DNA from: a virus
Lineage: Duplodnaviria > Caudoviricetes
Direction: 5' to 3' (one strand)
IMG/VR virus record: IMGVR_UViG_3300029305_005280
DNA length: 64,000 nucleotides
Of this stretch, positions 20,225 through 29,347 are shown one piece after another. The notes beneath the pieces are model-generated. The model was not told the origin of the DNA, searched no databases, and worked only from the letters and a program-made list of their open reading frames with translations. The position numbers and the translations under genes were made by a program. Every line of letters starts with the position of its first letter. The first letter of the stretch is position 1.

Positions 20225-21404
20225 TATATTTATTCCAAAAAGATTAAAAGTTGGTTTCAATGAAAGGTCTGATACTTATTCAAAGAAACTTGCTTATGTT
20301 ATCTACTGGGACGATAAAGGAAAACTTCGTAAACAAGATTCGTGGGAACATTGGAGAGACAAGAATATTGAACCTGAAGAATATGATAATACACCAACTG
20401 AAGGTTTTGTACTAAACAAAAATGTTGGTGGTTATGCATATCATTGGGATGCAAGAAAGTCCTATATTCGTATCTATGACCCAAGAGGATTTGAATTTGA
20501 AATCACTCTTCCAAATCTTCTATACATACTTGAAAATACAAACAGCGTAAAAGGTAAGGGCCTCGAAGGAGAATTTGTTTACGGTTGGGATGGCAAAGAT
20601 TTATTACTGGTTCCTGTTTGTGCTCCAGAATATCAAGCGATGGAAAAGAGAACTAATCTATTATTCCACGGCGAGTATATTAAAGGTAAAGATTTAAAGG
20701 TTGGTTATACATATACAAATGCCAATGGAGGGCGATATGTGTATCTTGGAAAGCATGACCTGTGGAGCCTACATTATAGTGATTTCAATGAGAATGACAC
20801 ATATCGGATAAATCAATTTTGTACAGAAAATCCTGATTATACTTTGAATACCGCTGTTCCCTATGTAGAATACGTAAAACCTTACAGTAAAGGTAAAAGG
20901 TTCTGGTTCTTTGAATTAGCAACAGGATTAACGATTAACTATTCTTCAGTGACGAAACGATTTTATTCCGTTGAAGAGCACCCACACAAAGACTATCATA
21001 TCTTTGAAGACCATATATCACATGATAGTGAGTGGTCGCCCATTGATTACACAAAAACCGAATATCATACAGTTACTTTTGATGAGCTTAAAGAGCATAT
21101 ACAGCCATATATTGATAGATGTACATATGTTGAAACAACTACTTATCTATCACTTAATTCAAAAGGTGTACTTGAAAAAGTATTTGTTAGATGTGTAAAA
21201 AATAAGGAATTAAACAAAGTTGTGTTGTACGCATCTTCAAATCGTGATAATAGGTATTGGGGTTATTCTGCAAACGAAGCTCATCGAGTATCTTCACTTG
21301 AGGAAATGTTTAATAAATTTAAGCCAGTTAAAGTTGTGCAATATTTAGAGAATGGCAATGAATATAGATGGAGAGGAGCTTACATACGTGGCTACACAGA
21401 ATGA
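20214..21404 (+). CDS. Conserved hypothetical phage protein
   Basis: 396-aa ORF; RIYDPRGFEFEIT and GEFVYGW motifs typical of large phages. Confidence 0.75.
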   Translation: MTSNIFIPKRLKVGFNERSDTYSKKLAYVIYWDDKGKLRKQDSWEHWRDKNIEPEEYDNTPTEGFVLNKNVGGYAYHWDARKSYIRIYDPRGFEFEITLPNLLYILENTNSVKGKGLEGEFVYGWDGKDLLLVPVCAPEYQAMEKRTNLLFHGEYIKGKDLKVGYTYTNANGGRYVYLGKHDLWSLHYSDFNENDTYRINQFCTENPDYTLNTAVPYVEYVKPYSKGKRFWFFELATGLTINYSSVTKRFYSVEEHPHKDYHIFEDHISHDSEWSPIDYTKTEYHTVTFDELKEHIQPYIDRCTYVETTTYLSLNSKGVLEKVFVRCVKNKELNKVVLYASSNRDNRYWGYSANEAHRVSSLEEMFNKFKPVKVVQYLENGNEYRWRGAYIRGYTE

Positions 21405-21804
21405 TGCACTCATCATGGTGCTAAAAACAAGATTGAAAAGAAAAAAAGAAAAACTTGGTTCAAAAATAAAGTTTGAACCCAAAACCACTTGTATTATTGA
21501 GTTATTTGGCGAGAAAGTTAATATCCATACACTTAGAATTGGAACCATTGAACCATACCTATTGTTACTAAAGTCGATGGTTGATGCGTGTGATTTTTCA
21601 CCCGTCAGTGCTACCTCTTGTGTCATGGCAGGATTTACACTAGAAGATTGGTATAATGATTTTGTGTCCAAATACAACTCACTCAAATACGCCGATGATG
21701 CTGCTGAGTTAGCTAAGCTTGAGAAAAAGTTAGATGTTATGTTATCTAATGATAAAAAGATTGAACTTGAAATTGAGGAAATTTCAAAGTTACTTGGTGA
21801 CTGA
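21352..21804 (+). CDS. Hypothetical protein
   Basis: ORF in operon. Confidence 0.65.
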   Translation: MAMNIDGEELTYVATQNDALIMVLKTRLKRKKEKLGSKIKFEPKTTCIIELFGEKVNIHTLRIGTIEPYLLLLKSMVDACDFSPVSATSCVMAGFTLEDWYNDFVSKYNSLKYADDAAELAKLEKKLDVMLSNDKKIELEIEEISKLLGD

Positions 21805-22307
21805 TGATGTCAAATGAGTATAAAGATTGGATAGCAGAATTTACTCCCGTTCAAAGACGTAATCTGGAGTTATGTTCAAAATATCCAATTCTATGCATTC
21901 GTTCACGAAAAGATGGAAAAGTCTCAGATGAATACGATTATTCGATGACTGAATTTGATGACATTCCTCCGGGTTGGAGAAGTGCATTTGGTAAAGAATG
22001 GGCACAAGAAATTCAGGAAGCAATAAATGAGCTTCCTGAAGACATTCGTGAACAAGTGTATATAACACAGTTAAAAGAAAAATATGGATGTTTTCGACAA
22101 TATTTCAGTCATTATACCGATAAGTTAAGAGAAGTTATCCGCAAGTATGAAGCTAAATCTGAACGAATATGCATACATTGTGGTAAACCTGCTACAAAAA
22201 TTTCAACAGGTTGGATTAGCCCTTGGTGTGATGATTGTGCGAATGTAATACATGATACTTGCGTTGATATTGATGAATATTTTAAGGAGATTAAATCTGA
22301 TGATTAA
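21804..22307 (+). CDS. Conserved phage protein with Zn ribbon
   Basis: QLKEKYG..R.Y, CxxC..P...GW..WCDDC. Confidence 0.65.
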   Translation: MMSNEYKDWIAEFTPVQRRNLELCSKYPILCIRSRKDGKVSDEYDYSMTEFDDIPPGWRSAFGKEWAQEIQEAINELPEDIREQVYITQLKEKYGCFRQYFSHYTDKLREVIRKYEAKSERICIHCGKPATKISTGWISPWCDDCANVIHDTCVDIDEYFKEIKSDD

Positions 22308-22722
22308 CATTTTAGAATTGTTGTGGATTGTTCCTTTATGTTTGTTCGTCGGCTTTCTTGGTTCTTCTTTTATACTTGGGGCAACTAAAGGAAATAAAGA
22401 ATATGAGGCATATCAAAATGGTTATACAAATGGTTTCAATGACGCACTTGCCAAGATGAATAAGAAGGTGCCGACAGAATGATTTTTGGTTATTTTGAGA
22501 CGCTTGAGGAATTGTATGACCGAGGACTTGACTCTGACTTCAATATGTTTGAGGACAAAACAGGTGGATTTATATATCTAATACATATCTCAGGTCAGAT
22601 TGAAATGATTTTTATTGAAGATTGTGATGATTTAAGTCAGTACTTTACATATAAATTGTCACATATAGAAGAAAACCCTTCCGAAATGACACTACGAATT
22701 TATGTTGAGGAGCAAGAAAATC

Positions 22723-23115
22723 ATGAATAATATTGACGGATTAATCAATGATGGTGGTGACCGCATTTCCTATGGTGACGGAAATGCTATAAGAGAGCCA
22801 TCTACAGGAAAAGGAAGATATGACCTTATATCACCATTTGGTATTGATAGAATTGCCAAATGGTACGAACTAGGTGCAAAGAAGTATGCAGACCGAAATT
22901 GGGAAAAAGGTATGCCATTTTCCCGTTATGTGGACTCTGCAAAAAGACATCTTAATAAGTATGTAATGGGTATGGAAGATGAAGACCACCTTGCTGCTGC
23001 TTGTTGGAATATCATTGCAATTATGCACCATCAAGAACTTGGTGAATTACATTTCGATGATATGCCTCATTACTTATGTCCAAGACCACTGACAGATAAC
23101 AAGGAGATTGAATAA
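22723..23115 (+). CDS. dATP/dGTP diphosphohydrolase-like protein (DUF5664 type)
   Basis: GKGRYDL...YELGAKKY..RNWEKG...RHL...EDHLAAACWN. Confidence 0.8.
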   Translation: MNNIDGLINDGGDRISYGDGNAIREPSTGKGRYDLISPFGIDRIAKWYELGAKKYADRNWEKGMPFSRYVDSAKRHLNKYVMGMEDEDHLAAACWNIIAIMHHQELGELHFDDMPHYLCPRPLTDNKEIE

Positions 23116-23602
23116 AATGAAAAAGTATAGTAATTATAATGATAAGGCAAGTTATGACACTTGCAGCTGTAGTGCAAACGCCATTAGTGGTAGCACTGTA
23201 TTCGGGCATGCATTTACACAGAATAATAATGGCGTTTTGTCTAATGCAGTATATATTGGTCGCCAGTATTTAAAGAAGCATAAGCTTCCTGGTGATATCA
23301 GGTTTGTTGATGATAATGGTAAACTTGAACAGATGTATATTAAGCAAGTCATCTATCGTAATCCTGCAACTATTGTATTTTGGAGTGACGGTAGCAAGAC
23401 TGTTTGTAAGTGTTCAGGTGGAGACAAATACAATCCTGAGACAGGTCTTGCTATTTGTATCTTGAAGAAAATGTGTGGAGCATCTTCCGTTAAGAGTACT
23501 CTTACCACTTGGTGCCCTATGGAGGAAGATTATAAGAAAGGTAGAAAGCCTGTTATTGTATCAATCAAAGAAGTAAGAGCAAAAGAAAAGAAATCTAAGT
23601 AA
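23108..23602 (+). CDS. Conserved hypothetical phage protein
   Basis: NPATIVFWSDGSKTVCKC..GD.Y.PETG motif. Confidence 0.65.
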   Translation: MNKMKKYSNYNDKASYDTCSCSANAISGSTVFGHAFTQNNNGVLSNAVYIGRQYLKKHKLPGDIRFVDDNGKLEQMYIKQVIYRNPATIVFWSDGSKTVCKCSGGDKYNPETGLAICILKKMCGASSVKSTLTTWCPMEEDYKKGRKPVIVSIKEVRAKEKKSK

Positions 23603-23859
23603 ATTAGTTGATATTATTGACTTTCCATATTATAATATAGACATAAATTAAAAGGAAGGTTGATAAAGATGGCAGAAATGAATTATATGTATGTCCTTAT
23701 TGATGGTGTGAATAAGATTCATTATGGTGCTTGGGATGATGAATTTAAAGCTCGTGAAAAAGCAAGAGAGTATGAAAGTCTAAATCATCTTCCCAAGGGT
23801 CAAATTGATATTTACGAGATACCTCATTGGGAATTTCATTTCAAAGAAAATATGTAATT

Positions 23860-23891
23860 TAGTTGGATATCAAACAAAGATATATTATAAT
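23860..23891 (+). promoter_or_regulatory. Promoter driving the large ncRNA
   Basis: TAGTTGG-N19-TATAAT; no ORF downstream. Confidence 0.75.
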
Positions 23892-23930
23892 AGTAAATGT
23901 AAAATAAATAATAAATTTGTTTTACAAATA

Positions 23931-24920
23931 GGTGCCACGAAGCCCGAATTAAGACACTATGGTTAGAGTTAAGAGCCCGCCGTAGCTTGTGTACAAGTGG
24001 GAATAAGAAGCAGCAGTGGTAAATGGAGTGTGATGAACAGCCTATACATAATCTGGTTGAGGGTGTGGAACCATTCAATGTAGTCTATTTTGAAGTGACA
24101 AGATTGATAAAAACCCTAAAAGGAAATTTCGGTTGAACTCCGATATATCTATGAGGATGCACTGTGGAATAGCAACAAAAATACTACATTACGCGTAAGC
24201 AAGTTAGTTGAGTTGTTCCTCATAGACTAACCGCCCGCAGGCCATTAACTAGTATAGGCCGTTCCAGTATTGGCGGATGATTAAGGACAGTAGGGACAAC
24301 TTCGCCTGCCGAGAGAATGAAGCTCGCTCAGGTAAAAGCCATAAGCCACCTGGTAACAGGTCCGTGGAACTAAAATGCTGAGAGATAAGTTGTCAGATAA
24401 TCAGTGGGAAAGATTATCAAACATTCCGTAGTGAGTATAAAGCCATATTCAAGTATGCTACAATGTACAAACTCAATGAAACAGTGAATAAACTGTATTT
24501 ACCACGCTTGACCGTGAGGTGAAATTCCCTGGCAGGTCTGACTAAATACGACATAAGTAACTGATTAGCCATCCGTACAATGGTTGAATTGAGATGTAGC
24601 AGAGTTTAGCACAACGATAGCTCAAGGGAAGAGCACCAGCCGTGAGGGCTGGGGGTTGGAGTCCGAATCTTCTGAGTGTGACCAAAAAGAAAAACTCTTA
24701 AAAATACAAGAGTATGAAGTAACAAGGTAACAATGATTAGCAAACGGTTAGTCGCCAAGAGTGGTAAGAAAAGACTGTTGGAAGTGGTTGCAAACATGAA
24801 CCCAACCCTTGTTCCCATAGGTGAAAGTCCTATGGCGGAGAATGCGTTTTATTGAATGGTGCAAGCATTGGAATCTGATGCTTTGGTAAGTGTTGAACGA
24901 GGTGAGAATCCTCGGCACCA
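23931..24920 (+). ncRNA. Large structured RNA, GOLLD-like
   Basis: ~990 nt, no credible ORF, raised GC; 5' GGTGCC pairs with 3' GGCACC; T-loop-like hairpins CGAGG-TGAGAAT-CCTCG and CCATAGG-TGAAAGT-CCTATGG; embedded tRNA-like element; next to phage tRNA array. Confidence 0.7.
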
Positions 24921-25006
24921 AATGGATTGATGATTAGACTAAATAACGATAACACTTGCATTTTCATAACTTTTATTGTATATAAAATAGTTCTTAGATT
25001 AAATAT

Positions 25007-25091
25007 GCGGGATTGGTGGAATTGGCAGACACAAGGGACTTAAAATCCCTCGGGTCAAACCGTACCGGTTCAAGTCCGGTATCCCGCACCA
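25007..25091 (+). tRNA. tRNA-Leu(TAA)
   Basis: Cloverleaf, loop CTTAAAA, long variable arm, CCA. Confidence 0.95.
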
Positions 25092-25154
25092 ATGTCTGAG
25101 TTTGCAAGTGTTCACCGAAGACATAAATCCTAAACTTGCACAACCTTCCTATAT

Positions 25155-25229
25155 GCAGCGTTACCTCAATGGTTAGAGGGCACGCCTTATAAGCGTGTCA
25201 CGTTGGTTCAACTCCATCACGCTGTACCA
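25155..25229 (+). tRNA. tRNA-Ile(TAT)
   Basis: CACGC-CTTATAA-GCGTG, CCA. Confidence 0.88.
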
Positions 25230-25289
25230 ATTACAAGTCTAAGTGTTACTTAGCGTGGGTACTACGATAGTGCCACCCTCCTTTTATAT

Positions 25290-25364
25290 GGCGCCATCGT
25301 CTAAAGGTTAGGACACGAGACCTTCAATCTCGTAATCCGGGTTCGAGTCCCGGTGGCGTCACCA
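25290..25364 (+). tRNA. tRNA-Glu(TTC), C33 variant
   Basis: CGAGA-CCTTCAA-TCTCG; Glu-type D arm; CCA. Confidence 0.85.
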
Positions 25365-25723
25365 GTCTCGGAGCAAGACGCGCAAGCTGTCCCGTTTGAG
25401 GCCTTTGGACGTGAAAAGGCAAGTTTGATACCGGAGTTCGCTAGAAAACCTACCGGCGCGTGTTAATTTGTTTTTGTTAGTTTAACAGGGTTTACGCATA
25501 TTAACTAAACATAAACTATCCGGATGTAACTGGTATTCGTAAATAATTAGTCCGGCCGGCTAATTATGCAGTTATTTATTTAAAATAACTTATTGAAGAA
25601 GAGTTCGAGTCTCTGACCTAATGGACTTACAGAATGTGAATTATATCTCTTTGTCACATACAGTAAATCGTTCGAGTCGACAAGGGCAGGTGCAATACAT
25701 AAGTTAAAAGGGAATTCAAATAT

Positions 25724-25799
25724 TGGGGTGTCGCCAAGTGGTAAGGCACAGGACTTTGACTCCTGCATTCCGGTGGTTCGAATCCACCCACCCCAGCCA
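25724..25799 (+). tRNA. tRNA-Gln(TTG)
   Basis: CAGGA-CTTTGAC-TCCTG; U1-A72; CCA. Confidence 0.95.
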
Positions 25800-26058
25800 A
25801 AGGTAGCCATACCCTATATTAAATAGTGCAAAAATGGTCGAAAGTCAAATGTTAATAAGACTCCAGTTCGGTGCATGAACAGGTTAGCGGATATGCATAG
25901 GTGCTCATATTGGTTAAAAGTAAGGGGTTGCCGAAATTCGACTTTACAAGGGAGTGGAAGCACAACCACAGTATATAAACCCCTACCCCATTTGATTTAT
26001 GTGGGTTAAAAGATAGTGTGAGAAGTGCACTCTCCAATTTCTATAAATCATTATATAA

Positions 26059-26158
26059 CACAGTATAGTTTAGTGGCAAAAAACAACCGAATCCCAGGTA
26101 ACAGACAATCCTCACAAGGGATTAAGATACTCAAGTTCGATTCTTGATGCTGTGTCCA
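26059..26158 (+). ncRNA. tRNA-like RNA with replaced anticodon region
   Basis: Acceptor CACAGTA/TGCTGTG + TCCA, D-like arm, T arm TCAAG-TTCGATT-CTTGA; no canonical anticodon arm. Confidence 0.7.
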
Positions 26159-26334
26159 CACGCTATGGTTTTTAGATTCCTTGAGCGTTTTGAACTCCGT
26201 GCAGAACTGAGGACGCTTGGTTTAGAGCAAAACAACAAAGGGCGCTATGACTCTTGAAAGAATAGAGCAAGTCAAATTTGATAATAGTGGCGTTTATGCG
26301 AGTGGGCCGACTACACAGGGAAACTTCGCTACAT

Positions 26335-26409
26335 ATACCCTTGGTGTAATTAGTAGCACGATAGTCTCCAAAACTATTAGTCAAGGTTCAAGTCCTTGAG
26401 GGTATGCCA
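26335..26409 (+). tRNA. tRNA-Trp(CCA)
   Basis: ATAGT-CTCCAAA-ACTAT; CCA. Confidence 0.92.
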
Positions 26410-26478
26410 AGATTAGTTGAATAATTGCTCGAAAGGGCTTATTATATAAAATAGAAAGATAAGTAAAGGATGAAGAAA

Positions 26479-26777
26479 ATGTTTAAGAAAAAGACAAAAG
26501 TAATTGCCCCCCCCCGACCACTCAGGAAATGATTGCTTCGGCAACAAAGAAGATTGAATCAGATATTGTAGCATATAGTGCACAAAAAGATTCTGCACTG
26601 AGTGTATTTCGACAGACTGCAAATAGACTTGAGTCTGTAAACAAGGGACTTACAAATTCGGTTAAGGACCTTGATACTTTAATGAATTTTGCATGTAAGC
26701 AGAAAGAGTCTGTTGAAAAAGCAATTGCAGATAACGAAGCAGTTCGTAATAAGATTCTTGACATTATCGGAAAATAA
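26479..26777 (+). CDS. Coiled-coil protein, reading frame broken at a C9 tract (26507-26515)
   Basis: RBS-linked ATG 26479 is out of frame with ORF 26529-26777; C7 or C10 would fuse them. Confidence 0.6.
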
Positions 26778-26812
26778 TACATAATGAGGCAATATTTTAT
26801 TGCCTCTGATAT

Positions 26813-26889
26813 GCGGAATTGACGCAACTGGTCAGCGTGTCTCCCTTACAAGGAGAAAGTTATAGGTTCGAGTCCTATATTCCGCACCA
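26813..26889 (+). tRNA. tRNA-Val(TAC)
   Basis: TCTCC-CTTACAA-GGAGA; CCA. Confidence 0.93.
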
Positions 26890-27529
26890 GTTGGAGAGAT
26901 GGTACTACCTTAACTTCACTCCGTAGGGTAACGCTTACAACAAAGATTAGTAAGGTACGCATTTTTGGTTTCAGGTAAGACTTTCTATGGTGTTAATAAA
27001 GAAAGGAAATTAAAGTTGCAGCTGGGTTGGTAAACCTCTTTAACGGGAGAAAGCTTCCTCATTGTAACCAAGTGTAGTTATTAGGTACGACATAAGGCCT
27101 TATGCCGGTATAACAGCACTTGTTTATATATAGAATATGCTTGTGAAAAATTTTGCGTATCATGTAAGGCTGTCCGTTGAGGTTGAGCATATTCATTGCA
27201 TATACTGGTGGGACGGCGCCCAACCCTTAAATGAGTGGCTCACGATATCGATGCCAGTATTCATGTTTTCTATATAACTTTATTTCATATGCATTCCCCT
27301 TTCAATAATACATATAAGATAAAGTTTCGAAGTCCAAGCGGTGAAAGTCCGGCAAGACCTGAAAGAAGGAACTTGGCAAATTACTTTAAACATAAGGTGC
27401 TCCGATATAGCATATAGATACTAGTTCATATATATGCCAGCACTCCAAGTAGACAACTGAGTCGAAGTACGGATTTGATAGAGTCGAGCAGGAGCTAAGT
27501 GGAATTTGAGAAACAGCCTTTATATACTT

Positions 27530-27606
27530 GCAACCGTACATCAGGTGGTTAGATGGCTCGCCTGATAAGCGAGATGTCGAAGGTTCGAGTCCTTCCGGTT
27601 GCACCA
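27530..27606 (+). tRNA. tRNA-Ile(GAT)
   Basis: CTCGC-CTGATAA-GCGAG; CCA. Confidence 0.93.
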
Positions 27607-27858
27607 AATCCTGATTGCTGTCACCAAAACAGAATCATACAAGTGTGTGCTTGTGCACTATTCAAAGTTGGAGACGAATAGTGAAAACATAGACCTCTGA
27701 GCTCCAACAAAGAGTGTCTTATCCGAGTTGTGGGTTGTAGGATATTTGAAACTGAGGCAAGATGGTAGGAAACAAGCAAATAGTCCTTATCTAGTATATA
27801 ATAGAAGACGCGGCATAAAATTTGTAACCGCACTTGTAGTAAGTTTACCTTTATATAT

Positions 27859-27934
27859 GTGCCTGTAGCTCAGTTGGTAGAGCACGTGACTTTTAATCAC
27901 GGGGTCCCGAGTTCGAGCCTCGGCAGGCACACCA
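27859..27934 (+). tRNA. tRNA-Lys(TTT)
   Basis: CGTGA-CTTTTAA-TCACG; CCA. Confidence 0.96.
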
Positions 27935-27940
27935 ATATAT

Positions 27941-28019
27941 GCCTCTGTAGCTCATCTGCGGTCAGAGCGCTGGTCTGAAAAACCAGAGGTTGTCTGTTCG
28001 ACTCAGACCGGAGGCACCA
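27941..28019 (+). tRNA. tRNA-Phe(GAA)
   Basis: CTGGT-CTGAAAA-ACCAG; CCA. Confidence 0.92.
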
Positions 28020-28167
28020 GCGTTGGAAATGAAACTACCCAATGTTTGAGACAAGCTCACAAAGATGCTTGAAGCCCGCAAGGCAAAGTGTTGTCCACAT
28101 CAGTCACTTTAGAGGTGGATAGGTTATAAAGTAGGTATACATATAATATAACTGACGGTGACAATAT

Positions 28168-28237
28168 GGGTGTATACTTTAAGTGGTAAAAACTAATGCT
28201 ATATATTAGATTGCTGGTTCGAGCCCAGCTGCGCCCA
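28168..28237 (+). pseudogene. Degenerate tRNA / tRNA-like RNA
   Basis: Acceptor GGGTGTA/TGCGCCC, T arm GCTGG-TTCGAGC-CCAGC, weak D arm, non-canonical loop, no CCA tail. Confidence 0.65.
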
Positions 28238-28252
28238 AGCTCTCCTATATAT

Positions 28253-28329
28253 GCCGGTGTAGCCGAATTGGCATAGGCGCTTGTCTTAGGAACAAGTTTT
28301 TGCAGGTTCGAGTCCTGTCACCGGTACCA
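28253..28329 (+). tRNA. tRNA-Leu(TAG) lacking the long variable arm
   Basis: CTTGT-CTTAGGA-ACAAG; variable region only TTTTT; CCA. Confidence 0.9.
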
Positions 28330-28443
28330 GCGCTTGTCTTAGCGTGGAAGTTTCAAATATAAGACGTAACGCAAGGGAAGCCAAGGCGTGTTCATTATTA
28401 CGCGAGTAATGACAAAGTGGTGCACCACAAGGCTGCCTCCTAT

Positions 28444-28520
28444 GCCGCAGTGGCTCAGATGGCAAGAGCACTCCGTTCATACCGGAGAGGTCACTGGTTC
28501 AAGGCCAGTCTGCGGCACCA
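28444..28520 (+). tRNA. tRNA-Met(CAT) elongator (or Ile2)
   Basis: CTCCG-TTCATAC-CGGAG; G1-C72; CCA. Confidence 0.88.
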
Positions 28521-28735
28521 GAAGGTCAAGCCCCTTCGTACAAGGCTATGCGTTTAAGCTATGCATTCCGACATAATGCAGAGTTCATAAGTTTATTCTT
28601 TAAAGCTTATCGTGTATGAGGTTTATTACTTTTTGTTACCCAAACCCCACGAAATAGGGCAACCAGCAAAAATCAAAAGCGGAATTGATTTACTTTCGAC
28701 AACATGCAGAAGTACAATGCATGTAAATCATGTAA

Positions 28736-28800
28736 AGAAATGTGTGGTGTAAATTGGTAGCATTCACGATGGGTAAGAGGTTCAATTCCTCTACATTTCT
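28736..28800 (+). ncRNA. Anticodon-less tRNA-like element
   Basis: AGAAATGT/ACATTTCT stem, D arm GTGT-AAATTGGTA-GCAT, T arm AGAGG-TTCAATT-CCTCT, only ~12 nt between D and T arms. Confidence 0.65.
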
Positions 28801-28882
28801 TGACAAGGCATAGAGCAAATGGCCTGCCTATTGCAAGGGCTAATAAATGTGCAGAACCCGTCATACTTAATGCGGGACATAT

Positions 28883-28969
28883 GGGTGGATATACCGTAAG
28901 TGGTAGCGGGGCAGACTGTAAATCTGCTGCCTAACGGCTCGGGTGGTTCGACTCCATCTCCACCCACCA
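28883..28969 (+). tRNA. tRNA-Tyr(GTA)
   Basis: GCAGA-CTGTAAA-TCTGC; long variable arm; CCA. Confidence 0.95.
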
Positions 28970-29190
28970 GAGGGAAGTTGACTTTTTGTATTTCAAACAC
29001 ACCTACTAATAGTGGTAGTAAATACTATAATATATTGTCCTGGCAGACAAAAACCAGTGAAATAAAGAATTGCTGCGGGGTATAAGTGCGTGGTAGTGAC
29101 CGTCGCCTCAACAATGCTTAAGGATATCGTCAAATGCCGATTATTGGGATATAGTAACGAATAAATCTGGGAATAGTTACATAGATTTAT

Positions 29191-29265
29191 CCAGATGTAA
29201 GTCAATGGTAGACGGCGAAGTTTGGGACTTCGTAGCTGGGGGTTCGAATCCCTCCATCTGGACCA
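29191..29265 (+). tRNA. tRNA-Pro(TGG)
   Basis: CGAAG-TTTGGGA-CTTCG; C1-G72; CCA. Confidence 0.93.
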
Positions 29266-29272
29266 TTTATTT

Positions 29273-29347
29273 GCCCTCATAGTTCAATGGATAGAACAAG
29301 GGTCTTCTAAACCCTAAATCTAAGTTCGATTCTTAGTGAGGGTGCCA
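29273..29347 (+). tRNA. tRNA-Arg(TCT)
   Basis: AGGGT-CTTCTAA-ACCCT; CCA. Confidence 0.95.

Noticed and set aside
22723-23115. Z-base (diaminopurine) genome pathway
   Set aside because: The DUF5664-type gene alone is widespread, and no PurZ is present in the window.
23931-24920. tmRNA or group II intron
   Set aside because: Too long for tmRNA and lacks the G3:U70 acceptor; no domain V (AGC triad hairpin) and no interrupted gene.
25092-25140. Intact theta/HDV-like ribozyme after tRNA-Leu
   Set aside because: P1, P2 and CTAA resemble it, but no P3 can form and it begins with A; kept only as a pseudoknot.
25290-25364. Opal suppressor tRNA / TGA recoding
   Set aside because: Stem register gives anticodon TTC, and many genes end normally at TGA and TAG; genetic code 11 fits.
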